A DNA stretch of 64,000 nucleotides from the human T2T-CHM13v2.0 reference genome, Homo sapiens. The translations under genes were made by a program, and so were the position numbers. Shown here piece after piece: positions 15,401-28,689 of the stretch. The DNA is taken from assembly GCF_009914755.1 (NCBI RefSeq), contig NC_060935.1; one strand, written 5' to 3'. The notes beneath the pieces are model-generated. The model was not told the DNA's origin and searched no databases. It was given only the letters and a program-made list of their open reading frames with translations. Every line of letters starts with the position of its first letter. Within the stretch, counting starts at the first letter, position 1.

Positions 15401-18021
15401 TGTCCCCTAGGTCTGTTCAAAAAGCCTCCTCACCACACTCTCTGAGGGCTTGTCTCAACTCCACAAGCTTCTGAGTCCTGGAAGACAGGGGCCATTCACT
15501 CAGAAAACCTTTTCTGAGCTGGCTTTAGTCTGTGTTGGCTCACAGGCCCTGGGGACAGATAGGACTCCAGGTAGGACCTCCCCCCAGGACCTCCTGGCCT
15601 GGTGGGTGGGTCAGGCAGACACCCAATGCTGAGGGCAGCCCAGACCTGTGGGCAGCTGGAGGAGAGAAATCCAGACAGTCTCCCCAGAGAAGGTGATGGA
15701 GGTGATACAGGCGAGGGTGGTGAAGGAGATTGTGCAGGTGGGTGGGGGGGTGAGCTGGTTCCGGCAGAGGAGGCGGGAGAGGTGCAGGAGGCAGTGCTGC
15801 CTAATGGTTAAGACTGCTGGCTCCAGAGTGGGACAGCCTGGGTTCAAGTCTCATCGCTGGAGCTCAGTTCTCTAAAATGAGGATGGTAACAGTAGAAATC
15901 TCTTCAACGGCTGTCAGAATTAAACATGACAATCCACATCCAGTGCTCAGCATGGGCCCGCCCGGAAGTGCTCAACAATGGCCATCTCTGAGCATGTTGT
16001 GAGAGGTGGCGGGAGAGAGATGGGCCTCATGGGCTCAGTGAACTGCCTGAAGGACAGGGGCACAGAACACAGACGGTGGGTCCCAGATCCTGGAGGATGT
16101 GGCCAGCCTGTGGGTCTGAGAGGGTGAGTTGCTGGCGCGTCCCGGGACCCGTTCCTGGTGGAGTGCCACGCCAGCGCATGGAACCCCAGGAGTTGGGCCC
16201 TGCACCTCAGGCTGACTGTGACCTGGGAGTGGCAGGGCCTCCCCTCTCCCTGCAAGCTAAGAGCTCGGGAAGCTGGATGTTCTGATGACCTAGTTGGCTG
16301 CTGTGTCCACGTTTGGCTGAAAACAGGAATTTCTGCCTCACCGGGGGTCTTGGCCAGGTGAGCAAACTCCCTGTTTGTCAGGAAAAGGGGTCAGGGGCCT
16401 GCTGGGCTCCCTGCTGGAGCAGAGGCCCGCAGACCCTAGGCGAGCTCAGCCCAAGCTCCTGCCTTCCCCTTAGGCCTTCACGGAGCACCTATCGTGTGCC
16501 AGGGGGTGGGGCTCTCTCCTTTCTCCCCCAGCCCTACCCCATGAAATAGGTGTTTAGAATTTCCCTTTGCAGACTGGGAGCCAGGAGCAGGAATTGGGAG
16601 GTGAGAGGGCACGGACCAGAGAAACGGAAGAATCTCCAGGAGGCAGAGCTGCCAACGCTGGGCCCAGGGGCTGCAGGGCCAAGGGGAGGGGTCCAGGCTG
16701 ACTCGGGGTGGGCAGGAGAAGCATCACTGAGCAGGAGCTTGGGGGAGAGGCAGTCAGGGAAGGGAAGGGCAAAGGCGCAGTGCCAGGCTGCTGACAGGGC
16801 GAAATGGAAGGTGTGAGGGCCAGAGGAATAAGCACCCCCTGCTCTGCATGCTCTGCCCTGGCCTGTCACGCCTCTCAGTGCTCCCCTACCCAGGTGAGGC
16901 TGCTTCTGTCCCACACCCGACACTCACCCTCCAACTCCAAGCCAGGAACCAGGTGTGGTTTTCTTCCAAGTTCAACCTTGATCTGCAGCCTGGCTGATCA
17001 CTGAATTCTCCAGTCCCTGGGGACCTTTAGCCCTCTACCTGGGAAGGCCTCTGGGTAGCAGAATTGGACTTTCAGGAGAGGTGGGGCTGGAGACAGAGAT
17101 GTGGGCCATCAGAGCAATGGGGTGTTTACAGCAATGAGGCCATAGTGTTCCCAAGGGAAAAGGGCTTAGGATGGAGCCCTGGCCATCACCACTTAAAGCT
17201 GGCTCAAGGAAGATGAGCAAAGAGTGGCCTGAAAAGGAGTGGCCTGGGAGGGAGGAGATGGCTTCCTGTGTGGGATCACAGCTGTGGGGAGAGCATGCCC
17301 AGCAGGGGTATGGGTGGGGGGCCTGCTGCACAGGGCCTAGGGAGAGGAGGTCTGAAAAGCGTGCTGAGTTTGGCAAAGGATACCCTTGACGCTGTTAGCA
17401 AGGGCAGCATGGAGCTGGGAGGGGCTGAAGGCAGCTCCAGGCGGGTTGAGAACGGGAGGGGCGGGAAGGGAAGTGACTTTACCAAGAAGCTGGCCTGTGA
17501 AGAGTGGGAGGACGAAGGGGAAAGTGGCTGAGGGGCTTCTCACTATTTTTAAGACGGACAAGACTTGAGTCCAGCTGAAGTCTGAGAGGAAGACGTAAAC
17601 AGGGAGAGGCTGGAGGCAGAAGAGAGCATGACGGGGTAAGGGAGAGAGGACGGGGCTGGGGACCCCAAGGAGGAGGGGCAGTGCAGCCTCTGAGATAGGG
17701 CACAGAGGGCTGAGCACAGAGAAGGGGAGGGGGCCTGTAGCTGTAGCAGGAAGGAAACAAACGGAAGCCCTCAGCCTCTCAGCCCTGGGGTGGGGAGCAC
17801 AGTCGCCTGTTGAGTGTGGGGCAAGAGGTGTAGCAGGGGCCATGCTAGTGGCTGCGGCTTCAAGGTCCAGGGTGGTGCTGGCCCAGAGTCTCAGTGTCCC
17901 CAGGGATTTGCCATGATGATTGAACGACCGTAATGGGATTGAGCGGCAGGGTTCTAGTGGACGCAATGAAGCGGATTGCAAAGAGGAGGCTGGCAGCCAC
18001 ACTGCTTCTCCAAAATTAGTT

Positions 18022-18027
18022 TTTAAT
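18022..18027 (-). terminator. LRRC32: LRRC32 polyadenylation signal ATTAAA
   Basis: Plus-strand tttaat; mRNA context TGAATGTATTAAAAACTAATTTTGG. Confidence 0.8.
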
Positions 18028-18106
18028 ACATTCAGGTAGGTTATACAAAGAGTTGGTCCCGAGGCCTGGGCTGAGGCCTGGGCCCTGGGAAGTGACAGCA
18101 GCCCTG

Positions 18107-18116
18107 TGTAGTGTTT
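18107..18116 (-). promoter_or_regulatory. miR-142-3p target site in the LRRC32 3'UTR
   Basis: Plus-strand tgtagtgttt equals the first 10 nt of miR-142-3p (UGUAGUGUUU), giving the mRNA 8mer ACACUACA. miR-142-3p regulation of GARP is established. Confidence 0.8.
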
Positions 18117-20082
18117 TCAAAGATCAGGCGTGGGGACCCACACCTTGGCCTCCAGGCCTAAGGAGGAGTGTTACGTGCAGTAGCACCCGTGGGTGTGATC
18201 CCAACCAGGACTGGGTCTGCCTGGGTGCTCCACACACCACCAGGGCCTAGCCCTGGCTCTGCCCATTGACTCTCCCTTAACTTCCTCTGGGCCTTGGTGT
18301 TCTCCTCTGTAAAATGGGGTGGAGAGAGTGGCATTTTCACTTTCTCGCACATTACTGAGCCCACATCATGAGCCAGACTGTGGGCCAAGCACAGGTAAGA
18401 TGATGAAGACAGCAAAACAAGGTCTTGAGTTGGTCCCAGCACGTCCATTCTTCCCAGACAGCTCATGACTCCATGGTATGAGGGATGGGGGTCATCTGGG
18501 TGAGGCTTTTTACCTGTTTTTGTAAGAGGGAAAAAAGATCCTTGCATGATGAGGCACAGAAAGGAAGTTTGGAGCCAGCATTATCTTGTGATGTGATAGC
18601 TGAGAGAGGACATCACTCTGGTCCAACCCCCAATCTCACCCCACAAATAAGGGCTCTTTTTTCCCCCAGAGGCTCTGTATAAGCTCTCCACAAGTTTCAT
18701 TCTCTTCCTAAGCCTCAGTTTCCCCATCTGTGCAATGGGGAGGTTGGATTCCATAGTCTCAAACTCCAGGCTCTGCTCCATAGAGGAAAAGGGAATGAGA
18801 GAATGCAAGAGCACAGAGAGAACAGGAGAACCCACACCAGGGTGGAAAGGAAGGGAGGAGGGAAACAGGCAGAGAAGGAGGAGAGCGCCTGCAGCTGCCT
18901 GCCTGGGAGAGAGGAGAGAGCAGGTGTGCACAGCACAGGATGCTTCCAGACCCTGCTCGGGCTATGTGGGGCCACTTCCTGTCCACTTAACGGCCTGCAG
19001 CCCCTGCAGTGGTAAAGATCAGGCCCTGGAGACAGAAGGATGAAGGTTTGAATCTCACCTATGGCATTAGTTAGCTGGGGCCCTGGAAGGAGATTTTCAG
19101 AACTTCAGTTTCCTCTTTTATAAAACGGGGATAAAATATAGAGCTGTCACATAGGGGCAGACACAAGGCTTGGATTCAAATCCACATCTGCCAAGCTGGG
19201 TGCAAAACAGAACCAGATATCTAAGGTTTTAGCTCCTGGCTCAGCAGCCAAGGTGGGGCTGCGATGGAGAAGTGGGGCTGGGCAGGGACGGTGCTTAGAG
19301 CAGCACTGGGGTCAGGGTATGCAACATGAGAGTGCCAGGAAGGGAGAGGGCAAGTCCAGAGCAGGAGACGGAATGGTCCAGTGCTGGGCTGGACCCCTTA
19401 ACCAGACCCTGCTGGAGCCGCCGTGGCCCACCTAACAACACCAGATCCGAGACACACTCGTACAGCTCCAATTCTCTCTTCTGGTCCTAAGCTTTTCATT
19501 TTCAGAGAGACTGAAAGTCATTCTCAGAAGACGTGACAAACAGTCTGCTTGGAAATGTCTCAGACAAATCCTCCTGGGCTTGGCCCTCCCTCACCCTGGC
19601 ACAGCCGGGGCAGGACTCACCGCACCAAACCAGCGGGGCCTGCCGAGCTCTGGAGCCCTGGGCTTTCACACCTCAGGCCCTAAGCACACTGCGTGGCGGC
19701 CACGTGGCTCTGCAGCACTCTCTCCTACCAGACTGGGAGATTCTTGAGGGCGGGAATGTATCTCATTTCCCAGCATTCCCAGTGCCCAGAGCAGGGTGTG
19801 GCACAAAATACATGCTCAGTGAAGATTTGTTGATCTGACAGGTCAACATTATTCTCGGCTGTCCCTGAAACCGCCCAACTTCTGGCTTCCACAGCTGGAC
19901 CCAAAGTGCAGCCCGGGAAGGGGGTCACCCACTGATGCAGCAGGCGGCAGAGAAAGGTGTCCTGGGCTGTAATTTGGAGACCAGAGTTCTGGGATCCCGG
20001 ATCACTGTGTGACCTTGAGTCAGTCCTCACTCTTCTCTGTACCTCAGGCTCCCCCACTGACCTAGAGTGTCTCCCGGCTTCT

Positions 20083-21987
20083 TTAGGCTTTATACTGTTG
20101 GTTAAACTTCTGCCGGCGGACGCAGCAGCAGGCGGCCAGCGTGGTGAGGAGGATGGCAGAGACCAGTATGAAGGTGAGGATGATGATGAGGTTGATGTTC
20201 TTCAGTCCCCCCTTCTCACAGTCCTCGGGACGCACGTGGCTCAGGGACACCTCCTCCTGGGAGCTGAAGCGGCAGATCAGGTCCTGGGTGGCGTCCACGT
20301 CCACACGGCCCTGGTGCAGCTGGGCTGCCAGCCAGCCATTGCCGCAGCAGCTGAGTGGATTCCCCTGCAGGTAGAGGCGCCGGAGGCTGGTCTCCAGGCC
20401 ACCCATGGCACTGCCTGGCAGGAGGCTGAAGCTGTTGTTTCGCAGGTCCAGCACCTCCAGTGACACAGCCTGTGTCCAGGCGGGAAGGTGGCTCAGGCGG
20501 TTCTCGGCAAGATTGAGCCGCTTGAGGCAGATGAAGCAGGGCAGGTCCACCTGCAGGACCATCAGCCCGTTGCCCTGCAGTGCCAGGACCTCCAAGGAGG
20601 CCTCCAGGCCTCCCAAGGCCCCCGTGGCCACCTCCAGCCCAGGATTGGAAGAAAGGTCCAGCTCAGTCAGTGGGGTGTGGAGGAAGGCCCCTGCCCTGAG
20701 CAGCTCTATCTCATTATCCACCAGGCTCAGGCTGCGGAGGGAGGTGATGCCGGAGAAGGCCACACAGCCGGAGGGGCCAGGCTCATCTGGCCCCCCACAG
20801 GGGCTGACTCGGTTCCCCTGCAGGTTGAGCCGCTGCAGGCTGGCCAGATTGGCAAAGGTGTATGGGGGCAGGTCCCGCAGGGCATTGCCCTGTAGGAGCA
20901 GCGTCCGCAGAGACCCCAGGGCTCTGGCGCCCAGTTCCAGTGTCTCCAGGGCATTGTGGCTTAAGTCAAGGAGCATCAGGCAGGGCAGGGAGCCTAAGCG
21001 CCGGGCCTCAAAGGTCCGCAAGCAGTTTCTGCTGAGGTTCAGGAAGCACAGGGAGGTCAGGTGCTCAAGAAAGCTGTCGGGGATGAGCTCAATCTCATTG
21101 TAGCTCAAATCCAGATTCAAGAGCTGGGAAAGGGGGCGGCCGCTGGCATTCCCGCTGGGGGCTGAGAGGGGCAGGGCTGACCAGCCCTCGGAAGGTGCGT
21201 GGATGCCCTTGCTGTCCTGGGGTGGCCCTGTGGGGAGCCGGATGAGGTTGTTGGACAAGTTCAGGTAGATGAGTCTCGGGAGCGCGGCCAGGTCGGGGAA
21301 ATGGAGCAGTTTGTTCTCCCGCAGGTCAAGCCAGGTGAGCTGGAACTCAGCCTGGGGCTGGGAGGCCGTCTGAAAGGCCTCGATGCTGTTGCAGCTCAGG
21401 TCTAGCACCCGCAGCTGCTGGAGGCTGAAGTCGGAGATGCAGGTGAGGGAATTCCTGGAGAGGTTGAGATGGGTCAGGCGGGGCAGGCCCTCGAAGGCGC
21501 CATCCTCGATGTCCATCAGCACGTTGCTATGCAGGTCAAGCTGCTCCAGCGCAGGCATGTCCCGGAAGGTGTGGCGGGTGAGGCGAGTCAGACTGTTCTC
21601 CGCCAGTGAGAGGGTATGCAGGCTGGGTGCCTCCCCCAGCAGCCGCTCCAGCAGGCCGCTGTACAGGCTGTTCCCAGACAGGTCCAGGGAGGTCACGCGT
21701 GGCAGGGGGCCCAGGCCACCAGCACTCAGCGCAGTGGCCATCGCCAGCCGGTTGTGAGCCAGGCTGAGGTGCTCCAGGTGGGTCAGGGCCTGGAAGGCTC
21801 CTGGCTGGAGGAAGCTGATCTCATTGGTGCTCAGGTCCAGGTGACGAAGTGCCGTGTAGAAGCCCAGGGGTGAGGCCAGGATACTCCGCAGCTGGTTCCC
21901 AGATAGATCAAGGGTCTCAGTGTCTGGCGGGAGCACCGAGGGGACCTGGAGCAGGCCCAGAACCTGGCACGAGACCTTCTTGTCCAC
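20083..21987 (-). CDS. LRRC32: LRRC32/GARP exon 3 coding part (aa 29-662): leucine-rich repeats, LRRCT, TM helix, short cytoplasmic tail
   Basis: Acceptor ...ctccccAG|GTGGACAAG at 21988/21987. 1905 nt to TAA (20083-20085) = 634 aa, plus 28 aa from exon 2 = 662 aa, the known GARP length. About 20 LxxLxLSxN repeats, [39 protein letters not shown], tail [11 protein letters not shown]. The LAP-binding cysteines C211 (21439-21441) and C350 (21022-21024) are present. Confidence 0.99.
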
Positions 21988-24900
21988 CTGGGGAGGGGCA
22001 GGGTGGGGAGACAGCTGGCATAAGTGGGCACGGTAGGGGATGAAACCAGACATGTTTATCCAGGAACCCTGCCTGGCTGGGGAACCCTTCTCCCATGGAC
22101 TCCCAGAATGCTCAACTTTCCCCCACCGCAGCCTGATCACCCCATGCCTGGATGACCCATCCGGCTCCCTGCCCCATCTCGGGCACCCAGCGCAGTAATG
22201 GGCATTAAGGAAGGAACTCGATGAAGGTTCCATGGGTGGACAGATGGAGAGATGATAGACAGATAGGACAAATAAACTAACAAAGAGAAACCCTGTACTT
22301 ATTATTACCCCTCTTACAGGAAACAGCCATATATCCCACAGAGTGACCCCAAGCCAGTGAGCAGCAGGGCAGAGCTGGGACCCAGGGCTCCTGATTCTAT
22401 GTCCTAGGTCCCTTCTATGGGCACAGATAGTTAAATTTCTGGTGGTAGATGGGAATTTCTCCACTTTGGGAGAAATGTTTCCAAAAGGGAAAACTGTAAT
22501 TTGTGCTCTGTCATCAGTTTTTATCTTGGCCTCCCTGCCTCAGACCTCATTCAGGCTCTCGTGTCATGGGCAGAGCCTGGGTCCTGGGGCCTGCCTTCCT
22601 TGTGGATGCTTCCGAGATGTGGCTTCCTCTCTGTTGCTGTTACCTCCTAGGAGGTGGCTTTCTTCCCAGGCTGGGTCAGGGGACCGGGCCCCTGGAGGTG
22701 GGAAGGGCCAGGGAAAAGATGGCCAGAGCCAAATCCACAGTCTTTGGTGATGAGACTGTGTTTGTGCTGTGCGACCTCCAGGAAGTCACATAACCACTCT
22801 GTTTTCTTACGTTCTTCCCCAGCAGCCACTCAGCATTTGACATCTTGGTTAATACTTTCAGGCCCATGGTCCCATTGGTCTTTACCACAGCCTGCCCATC
22901 TGATACGATCACCCCTATTTACAGAAATCTAGGCTCAGGGAGGGGAAGGGAGGTGCCAGGATTGCCCAGCTGGTGAGGAGCAGAGCTGGGATTTGAACCC
23001 AGGTTTTTTAACAACAAAAGGCCGAACTCTTGTTCTTCCACAGATGTGCCTTCTGGGACCAAAATTCTTCCTGTGCAAATGCAGGTCTCCCTCTTCTCTT
23101 CCAGGCCTCCAGGAACCCCAGCCTTTCCCAGAAAAAGGTCTGACTTCCACAATCACCGGGCTCAGGCTCACCGCCCCCAGCTTCTGTCTCCGCCAACCCG
23201 TTCTGACCCACTCACTGCTAAATGCCTGACAACTGCTCAAAAGCTCTACTCTGACAATGAGGCAGCTTGGCTTAAACTTCTCCACGGTGAAGTCCAGGAT
23301 CCCCAGCAGGGCCTTCGAGGCTGTTTGCAGCCCCTGCCAACCTGTCCCCCACCTCCCACCCCAGCCCACATGCAGTGACCACAGCTGACCACTGCCCATC
23401 ATGCGCTCCCACACCCACTGCTGGGGCCTGCTCCCTGAGCTGGTTATGCCATCCCCAACCAGATCCACACGTGAACTCTTCACACTGAGCTTCAGGGCCT
23501 CCTCCACCAGGGAGCCCTCCCTGACTGTGCTTCCTCTCAGAGCTTTGCCCCGCTGAATTGTGGCTGTGTGTGTGAGGACCTGCTAGACAGCGAGCTCAGA
23601 GCAAACAGGGACTGGTTTGGTGGATGTGCATGCCTTGGACCTGACTAGCAAGTCAATTTTTCCTAATGAATGAGTCCCAGACATCATCAGTTTAGTAAAG
23701 GTCTGAGGCACTGAATCAATCACTTCTCTAGGAGGAAAGAAAATGCATAATTGATATTTTCAAAATATAGTCAAAGACGGGTAGAGCAAGAAGAGTTCAG
23801 CTGACCCACTTCCCAGATGTGAACACTGAGGCCTGAAGATGGCAGTGACTTGCGTGAATTCACAGTGAGCCAGTGGCTGAGCTGGTAGGGAGGGAACACA
23901 AGCCGGTGTGTTCCTCCCCTGGTCCAGCTCTGCGCTTCCTCCTGAGAGCCCCAAGGTGAGTAGGGGGAGGAAGAGACCTGCCCAGCCTCAGGCCTCCGTG
24001 TGGCTCTTCTTACTCCATGCAGCACAGTGACTCCATGTAGCCTCCAAGGGAGGCAGCTTCACAGGGGCCTCAGGAGGCCCAGGGATGCCCCGTCAGTTGG
24101 GCACCTGTGTGAACCTGAAACCTGCCCAGCTGCCTTGCCCATCCTTGCCCTTCCTCCCTCACAACCTCTCTGTCTGCAGGGGCCACTAAACATAGCCTCC
24201 TCCTCACAGCCCTTACCCCCTGGGGCATTCCTTACTTAAAGCAGAAACAACAAAATGACCTGTGATGGAGCCCCAGCTGTGTCAGGCTGCGTGCTGAGTG
24301 CAGAGACCCCCTACCCCATTAAATCTTCCCAGGCATTGTTCACCCTGTTCCTATTGTACCCCTAACGAAACTGAGGCTAAGGGGAGTGGGCTGCCCAAGA
24401 TCAGACAGTCAGGGGCTCAAAACTCCCATTTGCAAATTCCTTTTCCTATTGGTGCCAGCCAAGTTCTGACCACTGGGCCCTCAGCTGGTCAGCACAGCAA
24501 AGAGCATCATGGACCCACTTACTGACTGTTACAGTGTGGGGGGCACCGTGCTGTGCCCCGCGTGTTACCCCCGGGCAAGTGCAGAGGCATACTGCCTCTG
24601 GATAGGCAAAGGCTCCCTGGGGCACCAGCCCCTGAGACTTGATCCAGGACACAAAGTTTGCCAAGCCCACAGCCCAAGACTGGCTTTCCATTCAGGGGCC
24701 CAAGACCCCTGCTCTAGAAGCCTGGGGGCCTGATGGTGGGCAGGGCTGCACTGGGATGCCCAGATCTCCAGTCCAGTCCAGGAAGAAGCTTGAAGTCCAG
24801 GGCGGTGCTCAGAGCTCCACTTCCAGGGTCTTCATGCCTCCTTCAGCTCTGAGCTCCCAGCATTGCCTGACTTACCGTCGGAGGGAATTGGAGGAATTGG

Positions 24901-26346
24901 CCCTTGACCAGAGTTTAGAGCTCCCACCCACTGTCCTGGGCTATCAGGACACCCACTGCCCAGCTTCCTTTTCAGAAGCAAAGACTTGCCATCCAACTCC
25001 ATTTCACCACCTGATCATGGGAGGAAAGCAGAGTAGGGAGAGGCACCAGGCAGTGAACAGTGGCAAAGGCAGCTGGGTTCGAATCCTGTAGGTCCCTGGT
25101 GGGTCACACATCTTCTCCTTACTTCCCGTGTGTATTATTCCCATGCTGGTTCAGAAAGTGCTTTCCTATCTCTTATCTCATTTCCCCAGACTCCAAAATT
25201 CACCCGCTTCCCCTCTGCCTGTTGGGTAGTCAAGGACTTTCCCCTCTGAGCCTCGTCTCCCTGAGGTAGAATGTGCGTTTGTATTTGGTGACATCTGAGG
25301 CCTTCTCTGCCCGCAATTCTGGGCTCCGGGAATCTTAGAAGGGCTCTGAAGAGCAAGAAAGGTGGTGGCAACAGGAGACATTGCACCCCCAGGGAAGGGC
25401 TGCGGGCAGGCAGCTGCCTGCACTTCCTGCCTCCTGAAGCAGCTGCCGGTTCTGTGTCATAAGCTTCTTCGAGTCTCAGGTCCAAGAGGGGCTTCCGGAG
25501 GCCCTGCCCTTTCCCCAGCCAGGCTCTGGCCTCAGTGACTGCCCGGCCTTACAAGTGGATCTAGGTGTTCTCTTTGCCCTGTATCTCATAGAGTCACAAG
25601 AACTTTAGGGCTAGTTTCCCTGGCTTGGGACAGGAAAAAGGAATAGAAGCAAATCAAACTTGGTCCTTGCCCTAGGGAAGTTCATGGTCTGGCAGGTGAG
25701 ACAGGCTTGGACCCTTTCACCAACCACCCCACATGTTCAGTCTTCTCAGTATTGAGATAGGGGGAAGCCTGGGGACCGCAGGAACCCAGAGGAAGGTGTG
25801 ATCAGACTAGGCCAGCCTGGGAGGGGCTGGGGAGGCTTCCTGGAGATGGCAGCATTTGATCTGGGCACTAAGAAGTGAGAGGCACTCCAGCGGGCAGTCC
25901 CAAGTCAAGGAGCCCAGCTTGGAAGGGGATTTGTCTCCAAGAGGGATGAGCACAGAGGAGCCCCTCCCAGCTGGCCTACCCCAAATTCCCCACACATATA
26001 TATATATTCTAGATCCCCTAGCTGGGCCTACTGCTCTGTGGGGACAGCTTGGGGGAATACAGTGTAATATCAGCCTCACTGTTCCCAGCTGAATGACCTT
26101 GGACAAGGCCCAATCTCTCCAAGCCTCAGTCTCCTCCTTTGCAAAATGAGAATAATGGTGCTTACCTGGCAGGACTGTGGGTAAATAAGGTGTTTAAACA
26201 TTCTAGTAGGTGCTCATTAAATGCAAGGTACATTCCCTTTCCTCTCCTGACTCTTCTAACTTCTGGCTTCTGGGGCTGGGGCACTAGCACACCCTAGGGC
26301 AGGGAGGTGGGGGTGGTCCTCACCCTGTCTGGGCAGAGCATCTTAC

Positions 26347-26430
26347 CATCTTACAGGGCACTTTGTCTTGGTGTTGTGCAGCCAGGCCTAGGGTCAGCAG
26401 GGCCAGGAGCAGCAGGATCTGGGGTCTCAT
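26347..26430 (-). CDS. LRRC32: LRRC32 exon 2 coding part (signal peptide, aa 1-28); the exon starts at 26434
   Basis: Acceptor ccttacacAG|AGCCATG. Encodes [28 protein letters not shown]. Donor ATG|GTAAGA at 26347/26346, phase 0, joins in frame to exon 3. Confidence 0.98.
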
Positions 26431-28689
26431 GGCTCTGTGTAAGGCGGAGAGGAAAGGGGAACACTGTAAGCCCACTGGCTCCTTCCCACTGCCAGCCCCC
26501 ACTCCCACCCATTCTGTGCCTGCCCTCAGGGAACCCCAGAGCACGGCTGGAGCTGGAATAAAGATGCTTTGAGCAGGGCAGAGAGCCAGGTGGGAAATGG
26601 GCCTGCAGCCCATCATAGTAGGCCTCTCACCCAGGCCAAGGAGCCGCCCATTACCCAGGGGAAGCAAGAGTTTTAAGCGGCAGGTGACTTGGTCAGACGG
26701 GGGTTTTCAAGAGACCCCACCTGGCGGAAGACAGCCTGGAGGGGATGCACAGAAGGCTGACAGACCCTAAGGGTTACCCTAGGCCATGCTCAGGGCCAGG
26801 GACTGGGGGCATGGAGATGTAGAGGGGGTTTGGAGGGTGGGCCTCTGACTACATTTCCACCCAGGCCACACAAGTCCTCCGTACCAGCTCTTCAGTCCCC
26901 ACATGCAATTCCTCGTTTTCTGCCCACTCCCCCACCTTTATTTTGCCCTTTTCCTTTTGATTCTCTGATTCTCGAGCCCTTGCCATTGTTCAAGGGCTGG
27001 GCCCGGGCCTTGGCAGGAAGTCCCACAGGAGGCCTGGCTGCCCCGGCACTGCTCTGCGGACTTCCCCAGGAGCAGCCTGGCAGGCCCTGTACTTTCACTG
27101 AAGCCACACTCCGGCCTCCTGGGCCAGCCCTTCCCTCTAAGAGCAGCCAGGGGTGGGGCTAAGGGGACCGCACAGGCCCTTAGCAGGGTTAAATCCCAGT
27201 GCTGCTGGAGGCTCACTCACTCCCTCACTAAGGACATCAGCCAAGTGCTAAGGATGTACAAATCCACCCATGAATTTCATTCATTCATTCACACCTTTAC
27301 TGAATACCTCCTCATGTCTGGCTCTGTGCTGGGAACTGGGAACTCAAAAAACAAATGAACACGAAAAAGAAGTGACAGTGACGGTGATACAGACAGAGAG
27401 TCTTAAAGAGGGACACAGAAAGCCTTCCAAGAGCACCAGGCGCACAGTCACCCACATCTGACTGCTCCCTCTTGTCTCCTCTACCTTTCTGCTGTGTGAT
27501 CTTACAAGTCGCTTCACCTCTCTGAGCCTCAGTCTCCTCATTTGAGGTTAATGGCAGCCATGCCAAGTTTTTGTTGAGAATCAAACGAGATGCCACCTAC
27601 AGAGCCTCCATTATGCAGTAGGCCCTCTCCTCAGCACTTTCTAGGCATGAACTCATTCCATCCTCACAAAAATTCAATGACTTGGTTCCATCATCATTTT
27701 ACAGAAGGGAAAAAGAAGTCTCAGAGAGCTTAGGTACTATGCCCGAGGTCACACGGTGAACAAGCCACCGGCCCAGGTGAGTCTGGCTCCTGGGTCTGTG
27801 CCCTTCAAATCCACACTCCCAGGCCTCCCACAGTGGGTGCTCCCTCAGTGAGTGCTGAACCGCGATTCTGAAGGATGCTGCAGGAGAAAAGGCATTCACA
27901 GGGCATTTGAGGGCAGTGTCTTTGACTGTTGGAACCCGCTAGTGATGAGCTATGGACGAAGATGGCTGCTCTGAATCCCATCTCTCTTGAAGGCGCACAG
28001 ACCACAGCCGGACCCGGTAAACCCTATTCCCTGGCTCCCCTCAGGGCCACAGGCGCTGCCCCTGCAGCTGCTCTGCTCTCACCTGCATTACAGGTTGTGC
28101 TTTCACAGGAAACTTTGTTCTGCTGTTTAAAAAGCAGAACGCCACCGCCCGTTAGAAAGTTAGCATATTCAGAACTGAGTGAAAACCCCTCCGGCAGGGC
28201 CTTCCAGGCCACTGGGGAGCATGCCCTGCCTGGCCAGCTCTGCTCTCCAGCCTGCTTCCCCGGTGTCCCCTCTCACATTCTGGGTTCTGGACACCTCATA
28301 TTTCCTTCAGTTCCCTGAGCAGATTTTCACTGCCCCAAACCTTCACTTTCTCCCCTCTCCTCTTCTGCTAAAGACCTCCTCATCCTTGGGGTCCCAGCTT
28401 AGATGGGCCAAGAGGCCTTCTTTGGTTCCCCAAGTCTGGACTATGTCCTCCAGTCCTCCCAGAGCCCCTGAGCTTCCAGTGAGCACAGCACCAAGCCCTC
28501 CGTGGCTACTGGGCCCCACCCCCTCCCATGGGAAGTGCCCCTAGAGAGGGGCTCACCATCCTTTAAGATGCATCTCACAGCACACAACAGGTCAGCAGCG
28601 GACAGAAAACCGACACTAGGAGTCTCGGTGACATGGGGTCGTTACTGAGAGCAGTTCTCCTTGGCTCTCCCTTCACCTCTCTGCAACGT

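Larger units (their letters stand above)
18003..20082 (-). other. LRRC32: LRRC32 3'UTR (~2.1 kb, contains MIR and L2 fragments); 3' end approximate
   Basis: Lies between the TAA stop and the ATTAAA hexamer at 18022-18027. Confidence 0.85.

Noticed and set aside
17905-17990. Possible C/D snoRNA (ATGATGA box in a CpG-rich patch)
   Set aside because: No properly placed CTGA D box or terminal stem seen.
19957-21873. Plus-strand ORFs (up to 232 aa) antisense to exon 3
   Set aside because: Shadow ORFs expected opposite GC-rich, Leu-biased coding sequence; no recognisable domains.
20083-22464. 793-aa ORF as the real LRRC32 protein
   Set aside because: The first 159 aa are intron 2 with a non-ATG start. 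The true N-terminus comes from exon 2 via canonical splice sites, giving 662 aa.
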